DNA of 64,000 nt from Eledone cirrhosa. Taxonomy: Eukaryota. Positions within the stretch are counted from its first letter, which is position 1. Every line of letters starts with the position of its first letter. The position numbers and the translations under genes are program-made. Under the pieces are notes generated by a model. It did no database searches and was not told the origin of the DNA. It saw only the letters and a program-made list of their open reading frames with translations. Shown here in pieces: positions 50,016 through 61,377 of this stretch. The stretch lies in assembly GCA_964016885.1 (NCBI GenBank), contig OZ024742.1:297352001-297416000 (forward strand), read 5' to 3'.

Positions 50016-52089
50016 GTCCCCCTTGCTTCTGCTGGACATCACCAGAAGGCGTTAGCCCCCTCGCCTCCCTCTTGGTGTTTGCATAGCTATGGCTTCCTAA
50101 AACCGTATTTCTTTGGAGATACGAAATAATATAACTAACTTTATCATTATTAAGTTGGTGTTTGAAACAAATTAACAGAAGCTCTTATATAGCATTATGA
50201 TGAAATGGTTTTGGATAAATATAGAGCTATTGTAAAACCAAGAGTGGTTTGGTATCAAACGGTTTAATGATTTCTTAATGTTATCTGCAAGAAGTTAATT
50301 CAAATGTTTTGACCAAGATTCTATGAAAGCTGTTATAAATTAACAAAATTGATTAATTTTGTACAAAAGGAAGACTTAATTCACCTTTAGCAATTTCTCT
50401 CCTTATGAAATAGGAAGTTATTCATGAAAATTAACAAGCTATGCCGGGTTTTGTTGTTTGTTGTGTTGTTTATCAGTTCCATGTTAAATATAGATTTCAG
50501 ATAAGGTATCTTTCAGTTGAACTACAATGTCTTTGAAGAAAATTGATACAGCAATAATATTTAGATTGGAAGATATCCAAAATAGTTATGCTAGAACCTT
50601 TACTCAATTTGATCTTTCCAGTGCAATATGTGAATGTTAACGGTGAGCAGTATTAAGTTTACATGGATTCCTGAGAAATTACAGACCTTATATATGAATT
50701 AAAACAGTGGTGTCACTAAACTACTCAGCTGCTCACACCAAAATGTTGCCATTTACATTAAAATGGTTATACAGACATCAGAATAATACTACTGAATACA
50801 ACAAAAAACTATTTTAATATATTCAGTAGATTGGTTTCTGATTTAGGCACAAAGCCAGTGATTTTGCAGCTCAGAAGATGTAAAAATAGTGGAATCAGTA
50901 TTCTACTTAAAAACAAGGGTTGACATTAGGAAAGGCATCCAGCCATAGAATATTGCTAAAAAGGTATTGTGCAACACATGCAAGCACAGGAATAATGGAT
51001 ATAAAATAATAATGAGGATGATATTGTGTTGGTTTGTTTTCTGCTTGTATATAAATATATTGTACTTATCTAATTATAAATATTGTTAGAACAATATAGT
51101 TCATAGATGACATAAAACTGAATTAGATGGTAATTTATTTATGGTAATTAGATGATAATTTATCTAATCATTTCATTCAAGAAATATTTATATCTTCGTA
51201 GGTCACTTTAAATAAACACAAGTTGGTTCAATACACTTTTTCTTCTTTAGAAAGAAGACATTATGGTTAAGCAATAAATCATTATATGAAATGTAATTAA
51301 TTTGGTTATTTAATTTTTAATTCTTTTTTCTTGATATTTTTTCTTCCCTTTGACCTAAGTTGAAATGTTTCCAGTCTAATGAACAAAATAAGTTCAAGAA
51401 ACTTTGACTTGACAAACCAAACAATTGCTTAATGATGAAGAATTTTCATGGAATGCCCAAATAAGGTTATTTGAGATGTCTTGTTATAAAAGAGGTTTTA
51501 TTTCCTTATCGTTTCATGTCAATGATTATTAAAAAAGAAGAGAATGAGAGGCACTGTTTACTGTAAACAAGTATTATAAAATCTAATAATTAGAACATAT
51601 GTATATTTCTTAGCTTAAAAATATATTTTATTGAAATTTATGAGAAAGTTAGAAATTTCGTCAAATGTTTTTTTGTTCTTTTTTCTATAGAAAAATAGTC
51701 TAAAAGATTTTTGATAATACATAAACAACCATCCGGTTATTAAACCAACCAACTGGAAATTTGTAATAAATTGAAGTGAAAACCAATAGACGTGTGTGTT
51801 TTTATTAGCAGCATGACCCCCAAGTATAAGAATTAATAATTTGCTAGCTACAAAAAGGCTTCAAATAACAGGCTATTGTCATGACATTCTCTTTTAGATT
51901 AAATAACATACAAAGTGATATATTTTCTAATAACCTGAGGTTCAGTACTCTTTACCTTTATAAAAATATGACAGATACTTGTTAATGGTAAAAATATGTT
52001 TTTCATGTCTCACATTGTTCCAGTGGAGATGAGATGCTATAAAAAATCCTACACAAAACAAATCACAAAAGAGGAGGTCCACAAAATAA

Positions 52090-52620
52090 TCACCCAACAT
52101 GTGAGTCCCTTTGAAGATCTGCTAAGAGGAGGAAGCTGGGGTGGTAAGGGTATGTAACAAGATAGAATGGACTCTCTAAGTCAATTCTCCAGAAAACAAA
52201 GGCAGGGCAGATAGAAGAAGTGGTAGACAGAAAACATAGCTGAGTTGACAAGAGAGAAGTTTGCAACAATCTAAGCATTTGCCTATAACTGGTAGAGATA
52301 GACGAAGTTGGTGCAGCATTCAACACTGCAGTGTACCAACGACCTCAAAAATGATTGCTTCATATATATACATGTTTTTCACTTGAGAATATTTCGGTGT
52401 ATGAGTGGAGTATTGCTCAAAGAGAGAAGACAACAAACAATGAATTGTAGAGGATGATGGAATTAGAAGATGTAATGAATGTTATGAAGAGAAATGGAAG
52501 GGAATTGCTCAGTCATATGTTGAGGAGCAATGAAATTGATTGAATGAGAAAAGTGATAGAAAGGAAAGTGGAAGAGGAAATTAGAAGGGAAAGAAGGCCA
52601 TGGTTACAAATGATGGACTA
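52090..52620 (+). mobile_element. Two very old RTE/BovB-type C-terminal fragments
   Basis: AKRRKLGW*GYVTR*NGLSKSILQ (cf. KRRKLxWFGHVTRxxGLxKTILQ) and SHMLRSNE...RKVIERKVEEE remnants. Confidence 0.55.
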
Positions 52621-52951
52621 ACCCATTCTTTAGCAAAACAAATAGTGTTAAAAAGCTGATTACTGTTGTTAAAACTAACAACAGTAATCAGCATTTAAGA
52701 CATACCTTTAAGCCATGATACTTTTAGTTCTGACAAACTATAATAGTCCCAACAAGAAGAAAAAAATTGCTTTATTTCTTTTTAATGGGATAAAGAATTT
52801 GACATAAAAATAGCAGTTACTCAAAGCTAATATAATTATGAAAAGCAAATTTCTTTCACAAGACCAAAGACTATATCAAAAGACACTTTCCTATGGAGCT
52901 ATGCAATGTGATTGACTCTGAAACCATGTTTTCACAAAGCATATTGTTAAG

Positions 52952-53082
52952 CCACATAGGCATATAAGTATGTTTCATTGCTTAAAGCTATATTAATGTT
53001 CGAAAACTATTAAGTCCACATAGGCATATAAGTATGTTTCATTGCTTAAAGCTATATTAATGTTCGAAAACTATTAAGTCCA
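52952..53082. repeat. Perfect 64-bp tandem duplication
   Basis: ccacataggcatataagtatg...gaaaactattaagt at 52952 and 53016. Confidence 0.95.
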
Positions 53083-55639
53083 GAAGAAGAATTTTTTTTA
53101 ATTCGTTTCAGTATTTCTTTTTCACAAAAATAAAAAAAATAATATGCAAGGAAACATTATCAGGAATAATCAATTCCCTATTTTATAAGCCAACAGATTA
53201 TTCTGAAATATTACTTATGCAATTTGTTTAATAACATCAAATTTATTTTAAAGATATACAAAAGAATGAGTTTCACATATTCTGAAAAACACGGGCTGTA
53301 TTATTGTTGAATGTTAAGTGTATATTAAATTCCAAGTATAATATGTATGATTACACATTTGAAACATTTATAGGGATATTTAAAATGATAGTGAACAGGG
53401 AGTTGTTAAAGTGCAGGACAAAATGCCTTGTGCTATATTTTTGCTCTCTGTACATTATTCAAATCCTACAGAGTTCAACTTTGCTTTTCATCTTTTCAGG
53501 GTTAATAAAATAAAGTGTCTGTCCAGGGCAATAGATTAGTAATAGTCTCAATCAATTGCCTAGTTTAACACCATCACACAGTCACTGGAGAACTTTAACT
53601 ATCCACTCTGCTGCATGATAATTTTCTAAGCAACTCTGAAAAGTCTAGTGTGTACTGCACTCTCTCCTCCCTGAATAAACAGTAAAAAGTGTATGCAAAA
53701 TTTTTAGTTTTACAATTTTTTGGTATAATCAGTTATCATGAGTTTATTAACTTAATTTCTCTGTTCGATGTGACTTTGTAATATTTATTTTCCTGCTAGC
53801 TGACTCATGGCATAAGTAATGATATGTTAAACATTTAATTTTTCAAGTGTAGGATTAGTATGCCTTATGTAAAAGCTTTACCAGACACAAACAAGCATAC
53901 AATCATACAAAATTACAGTTTGATACATTAATAGTTTGCAAGAGAAACCCCCATTGTTTACTGACATGTAGACGTGATTAAAGATAAAAATGACATTGTA
54001 ATAAATTATCTTTAGGATACAATTACATATATGCTCAGCATGTGTGTGCAAATGATATACAGGATTAAATAACTACTTACATGACAAAATGTAGGGTTAG
54101 AAGCCAGGACCTTGTGACTGGAAAGCAAACCTCTTATAGGAAAATAACTGTCATAAGAAATGCATAGTGTGTGATGCACATGTATAAATGTTTGCGTGTG
54201 AAAATTTCAGAAAGATATAGATATATAAATAAACATAGAAGTACATATGGCATATTATTATGGTTGATATCAACAGGAAAAATAACTTTCCTAAAAGCAT
54301 TTTACCTGATTCAATATCATACTCATTTCATGTAACTTTGTAACTAGGAATGCATTATCTTTTTGTTACATTTTTCCTATCAGTATTTTTACTCTTCATT
54401 TATTACATTATAAATGTATTCGGGAGTAAATAATAATGATATTATTATAATAATGTTATTAATATTCGGTTTGTTTGCTAGGAAACAGCCTTATTAACAC
54501 CATGTGTGTCTTCTAGTTGACCACATCAACCTTTTGTTCCAGTGGTATTGATATCTATTCATTTTAACATTTCTCTGATTTGTGACCTGACTCTCATGAT
54601 CATCACCATCATCCTCATTTTTATCTCCCCCTTTTCATGATTACAGTGGTTGGATCGGTTCATTTAATAAACAGGAACTTACCACTAGTTATCTTCCTTT
54701 GTTATCTCATTTGTGGTTTTGTTCATCCTGAAATCAGATTTTACAACTTCTACCCATGTTTTCAGTAAAGAATTTGAATTTAAAAAATCTCTTAAATGTG
54801 ATTTAGCTGAGAACAATTCCCATATAAATCTAATTTTGAGTTGCAGACAAAACAATGTATCATAATTAAAATCATTTAATTATTTGAGAAGGTTTTGTAA
54901 TTTTTCTTCATCTAATATTTATGTTGTTATATCATTTTAATTTTTGAATGTCTAGAAGTCAGTTTTGCTGTCTGTCAAACAACAAACATTTTGTTTTTGT
55001 TTTAATTAATCTGATTATAAAATCTGTTTAATAAATATTTATTATATAGATTTAATAAGATTATGTAATCTATTTACAACTCACGTCCACATACAAATGA
55101 AGACACCATTCTAATAAATATTGCCTGAACAAGTAATGAAAGTGTGTATACATTTTAGGGGGGACAACCTGTATACATACATATATATATATACACATAT
55201 ATATATATATATATGTTATCATCATCATTATTTATATCTACTTTCCATGGGTTCAATGGAATGTTATGGTACAAGCTCTGAGAAACCATATCCTGATTCT
55301 TACATACCATATGTGCCATTGTTTCTATGGCAATCAGTTCACAGAGTATACTGGATGTATTCTATCTTGCCACCAGCTCTACCTCATCACAGATTGTACA
55401 GGTTGAATGCAATTTGTCATAGCACCAACACTACTCAATAAAGTGGACCGGGTCCATTTTATCATAGCACCAGTACTTCTACTTCATGGCAGAGGTGGGT
55501 GTATTTTATCATGGAACCAGAACTAGCACTTTACAGAGAGTACAGTATGAATTTTATAGTGACACCTGCTCTAAAACTTTACATAGTAAACTAGGTGCAT
55601 TTTATTGTGGCACTAGTACTACCACTACACTACTGTTAT

Positions 55640-55930
55640 GGAGGGACATGGTCTAGTGGTAAGGTTGTTGGATGTACGATCATAATGTCATGAGTTTGAT
55701 TCCTGGGCTGGGTTGCACATTGTGGTCTTGAGCAAAACACTTCATTTCATGTTGCTCCAGTATACTCAGCTGAAAATGAGTACTAGCAATAGCTGGGAGT
55801 TTAACCCTATGATGGACTGGCGTCCAGTCCAGGGAGGGTGGGGAGTGTCTTGTACTCTCAGTCACTTCATGCTACGGAACTGGGATAAGCACTGTCCTAA
55901 CAAGCATTCTGGCTTGAGTCAAACTTTAGA
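55640..55930 (+). mobile_element. Full-length CORE-type tRNA SINE
   Basis: tggtctagtggtaagg (A box), gagtttgattcc (B box), cattgtggtcttgagcaaaacacttcatttcatgttgctccag (CORE-like). Confidence 0.75.
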
Positions 55931-56159
55931 CTAGAGAGTTTAAACTTGCCCTAACATTTTGTAGACGTCACCCTTAACCTTGAAATTGGATTATACTACC
56001 CATATATGAAGCCAAGTAAGTCTCTACGCCAAATTAAAGCCCGTATATTTTGACAAGTTAATGCCTGGCTATATGTCACTAATGATTGAAGCCATTATCT
56101 TGGTGATAATAGAGTTGTTAACAGAAACAAAACAACACACAAAATGCCATTGTGTATTT

Positions 56160-56770
56160 TAAAAGTAGAAAAAAGCTTGCTGATCTACAAAAACTTATTG
56201 GCAATGTGACATTATTTATCGCTTGTAAGTAAAAACAAAAAAAGCAAAAAGATTACACACCTCACCAACAAAGAGTGGAACATAAAATAGAAATAGGGTT
56301 TGGAGATAGTACAAGCAGAACTTTCCAATACAAGTTGATTATACTCAGACAATGACAGAGCTGTCAACAACATCACAAGAGAGTGGCTGAAATAAAAATG
56401 ATTAATAAAATATTCAACTGAAACCAAACATCAGTCTATAAAGATATGAGGGGCAATTCTATAAATATAACAGGCCCCATTCCAGAAAGACATTAATTCG
56501 TTCTGGAGAAAAATTTGGGGTGAGGAAAAGAAATTCAACCAAGATTGAAAGAGATCTGAACAAACTATTGCTCTTACATTACACCAGAAACATATAATAC
56601 TACAGATTAGAGAACATTTATGCTTAACTAATGAAGAATCTGCAGATACTTCAGCCTAACTATACCTTTAGATTTTACCTATGATCATTGGGGCTCTGAG
56701 ATATGTTACTAACTGCCTCAATACAAATCCTGAGAAGCTGGGTTTCATAAAACCAAAACAGTGTGGCTAG
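56160..56770 (+). mobile_element. Highly decayed R4/Dong-like non-LTR fragment
   Basis: NKIFN*NQTSVYKDMRG and INSFWRKIWGEEKKFN resemble the pre-RT region of R4/Dong ORFs (recalled motif). Confidence 0.4.
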
Positions 56771-57615
56771 TTAAGAAATTGCAAGTACAATCCATTAATA
56801 GAACTATAAATATATGCAAAACATTTAAGAAATTCAGTATGTAATAACAGCATAAACACATATATAGATTCAGAAACATATGCACTTCTACATATGTAAC
56901 TCAAAACACAGATCAACATATGCAATAACACCCATACCTGTATACACACATACACACAGACACACACACACATATTCATGTACCTAGGTGATGTCTAACT
57001 TCCAATGAAAGCGTCTTGATTCTATGTTAGAAACTGACCCTCTCTCTATTAGTGAACATTTATATAATTATAAAACAGAACATACACACATATATATATA
57101 TGTGCACACACACATGCACACACACACACACACATACACACAGACAGATAAACAGGCAGACAGACAGACAGGGATGAATTTAATTTGTGTATAACATTTG
57201 TTTGATAGAAGATAATTGTTATTATTATTTCATCATTTCAATATATGTCTTATAAGATCAATAAGAATCTAAATTGTACAATTAAGATTTGATTTTGAAT
57301 AGCTTTGCCTATAAATAATTTAAGCATATTCAAGTGTATCCTATGTGTAATTTCGTTTTAATTGTTATAAATGTCGAGAATGATAGACAAAATTGGAGAA
57401 AGTTTGAAAAGTTGTCTACCAAATAATTGGGAATAATATTATTATAGAGAGTATAAAGTACCAGTAATGTACTGGGTATTTGCTGGCCTTGTGCCAAAAG
57501 TAGAAACAATATTATTATAGATAGTAAAAACATTTAAGGGAACCAAAATAGATTTGTTTGCTTGAAATAGGCTTCCAATACTGTAATAATCATAAGAATC
57601 ATAATGTCATAGCTT

Positions 57616-57930
57616 AATAATTGTTTCTACTTTTGGCACAAGGCCAACAATTATTCCAGTGTATTACTGGTACTTTATTTAATCGACCCCGTAAGGATGA
57701 AAGGCAAAGTTAACCTCGGTGGGATTTGAACTCAGAATGGCATAATAATTGTTTCTACTTTTGGCACAAGGCCAGCAATTAACCAGTACATTACTGGTAC
57801 TTTATTTAATCGACCCCGTAAGGATGAAAGGCAAAGTTAACCTTGACGGGATTTGAACTCAGACCGTAATAGGACGTAACTATGCTAGAAAGCATGACGT
57901 CCAACCCTCTACTGATACTGCCAAATCGCC
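57616..57930 (-). mobile_element. Nin-domain SINE dimer (full-length copy + 5'-truncated copy)
   Basis: taataattgtttctacttttggcacaagg...gatttgaactcaga occurs twice. Confidence 0.85.
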
Positions 57931-58264
57931 AATAATGGCCTCTCATAAGGTTTACAATAGTTTATAATGAATGATTTGACTTTTGATTTTCTACAGAGTA
58001 ATTAATGGTTTCTGATTTTGGTACACTGCCTACAATCTGGAGGGAGGGGAGAGACGATTAAATCAACCCCAATCCACTACTAGTATTTTATTTTATTGAC
58101 TCCAGAGGGATAAAAGATAAAGTTCACCTCGGCTGGATTTGAACAAAGAATGTAAATATAAAATATAAAATGCGTACATCTATCAAAGGAATGTCTCTAG
58201 TTCTTATTCCATGATAAACTATGTCTATTACACAGAAATACAATAGAAATAACTATAAGAAATA

Positions 58265-58453
58265 ATTGTTTCTACGTTAGGCACAAGGCCAGCAATTACC
58301 CAGTGTATTACTGGTACTTTGTTTTATCGACCCCGTAAGGATGAAAGGCAAAGTTAACCTCGGCGGGATTTGAACTCAAAATGGCAAGGGCCGTAACTCT
58401 ATGTGCCAAAGCATGGCATCTGACACTCTACCAATACTGCCAATCCACTGCCT
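58265..58453 (-). mobile_element. Full-length Nin-domain SINE with 16-bp TSD
   Basis: TSD ataactataagaaata at 58249-58264 and 58454-58469. Confidence 0.9.
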
Positions 58454-59347
58454 ATAACTATAAGAAATACATGGGAAATACATGAATAACCAAGCCTGTT
58501 CAAAATAGGTATTAGGATTAGATCAGATGTAAAATTGTACTCCCTCTCTCATAGGCCACCATATTTGGTAATTGGCTCAGGCTATATGTACTGTAGGCTA
58601 CCAAAACAGGTAATAACCACACACATATACACACAGATCTACACACACACACACACACTCACTCATACACACAGAAAAGGTAATACTCCTAGGCCAGGTG
58701 TGAAATGTTGGCTCCAATTTCAATCAGCTCAAGATGTATTTTAGTAACCAGAGCTAAATATGTTATGTATATGGTTTACAGATATCCATAGAGTGTATGC
58801 AATCTTCTTTCAAGTAACAAAAGTAAAAATAAAAGAAATAAAATTTTGAGGGAAGATGCCTTCTTCACAAATATGCACTCATATCAACTGACTTACCTGT
58901 GCTGCACCTCTCATTTGACATCAACAGGATTGTATTTACTGTATTGTCATGTCAATATTTGATAGACTACTACTATTTAATTAAATAGTCAGAGGTTATT
59001 GATAAAAATAGTCTTGGTATATCCTCCATATGCAGTTTTTCTTTTACTAGTTTTAGTCATGAGACTACAGCCATTCTTTAAAGGTAGCTAGTTGATATAT
59101 ATCAACCTCAGTTCTTATTTTTCTCAAATCTCCTACTTAAGTTACCAATTTCCTTTTGATAAACTGCTAGTTACAATGGAAATACACAAATATTCTTGGT
59201 TATTTGTGGCATACTATTGAGAACATGTGGTTAGACATTAGAAATGATAGAGTGAACATAGAGGGTCTTCTAAGGGTGAGGGTTTCATAATATTAAAGGG
59301 TTTAATACTGTTAATATTATTATTTTTATTTATTATTTAACTTCAAT

Positions 59348-60542
59348 CATCATCATCATCACCGTTTTACGTCCGTTCTTCCACGCTAGCATGGATTAGA
59401 TGGGTTGTCCTGTTGTGTGCAGTGTCTGGTCGGTTGACCATGCCTTGCTCATACAGGAACTGATCTGGTTTGATTTCTACAGCTGGATGCCCTTCCTAAC
59501 ACCAACCTCATTTACAGTGAGTGCTGGGTGCTTTTTCGTGGCGCCTACACGTCCACTTTACAGTGTGGGCTGGGTGCTTTTTTGCCATGGCACCTCCACG
59601 ACCACCTTGCGGTGGGGGGAGTGGGGGCATATTGTTTATATGCTTCAGCATGTACCCATGGGAGGTCGGGTACCCTGTATTACTGCGTGACGCCAGAAGT
59701 CACGGTCGTGTGTCATTGTCTTTGAGAGGTGTAATTGGGTAAGGTCGGCTTTTATCACCTCATCCCAGGTCATCTTGGGTCTCCCCACTCCGCGGTTTCC
59801 ATCAACTTCTAGTGCTCTGCACCTTTTTATGCAGCTGTCATCCTTCATACGCATCACATGTCCATACCAGCGCAACCGCCTCTCCTGCACACAGCATTTG
59901 ATTCCTCTTATGCTCAGTCTCTCTCTCAATTTATTTATGCTTTGTCGTTCACGTATATTACTGTTACACATCCATCGGAGCATGCAGGCTTCGTTTCTCT
60001 CTAATCTACGTAAGTCTTCCACCTTCAGCGCCCAGGTCTCACTACCATGCAACAGCGATGTTTGGATACACGCATCATACAGTCTGCCTTTCATTCAGAG
60101 GGAGAAGCCTTTTGCAGCTAGCAGTGGTAGTAGTTCCCTAAACTTCTTCCATCCCGTTCTTACCCTAGTTATTGTACTTTCTGAACACCCACCTCTGTTG
60201 CTAATTCGGTCACCTAGGTAGCAGAAGCTGTCTACTGTTTCTACAGGACCCTCCCAGAGATTGGTGGTACTTGTTTCCTGTGGCTGTCTGCTGCTTGCTG
60301 TTTCAGCACAGCTGCTGCATGTGAATCCTACATTCTTAATTAAGCTTCCTGAGATCCCGCTACATCTCTTGTGTACCCATTGTTTGCATTTGGGGCAGAG
60401 AATGGAGTTCCTACCTACACCTTTCCTACATACTGAGCAAGGCCATTTCCCTGAGGGGATCTGGGTTCTGTTTTCTCGTCTACTTACAAGGACCTTAGTC
60501 TTTGTCATGTTGACTTTGAGACACTTTCTCTCTAGTCCCTGC
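59348..60542 (-). mobile_element. 5'-truncated RTE LINE copy (PHD-finger subfamily)
   Basis: ORFs 60095-60508 and 59645-60094 are in frame and separated by one stop. Homologous to the C-terminal part of 61773-63890. (gat)n tail; 5' end abuts (TA)n. Confidence 0.9.
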
Positions 60543-61000
<458 letters not shown>

Positions 61001-61377
61001 GTATTAATTGTACTACTTATGGTTATGAAAATACAAAAACCTTTTGCAGTTATATGTATTTTTTATACAAACCCTAAATAGTGGTAGGCAGTAATGTATT
61101 ACTACCTTATTACCAGTAAGTTAAGTAGCTCAATGTAAAAACATCAGATGATTTACAGAGCAGTTATATGAAATATAAGAATCAAAGAACTGTTCAAAAC
61201 ATTTCATTTCTCACTCTTAGTACGGCACTTACTTAAATGTAAGTATGTATGTATACGTACATACATACATATATATATATATATTTATATATATATATAT
61301 TTATATATATATACACTCCTATATATATATCCATATATATATATATATATATATTTATACATATATATATTTATATA

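Larger units (their letters stand above)
49376..50128. mobile_element. Inverted + tandem array of a ~333-nt hammerhead-bearing monomer (retrozyme/pLTR-like)
   Basis: 49376-49628 is the reverse complement of 49863-50128. A third, internally deleted copy lies at 49630-49793. A perfect 25-bp fold-back sits at 49604-49657. Confidence 0.85.

Noticed and set aside
60095-60097. In-frame TGA in the RTE copy as possible selenocysteine or read-through
   Set aside because: It aligns to Lys in the intact copy, not Cys, and the copy is 5'-truncated; an ordinary nonsense mutation.
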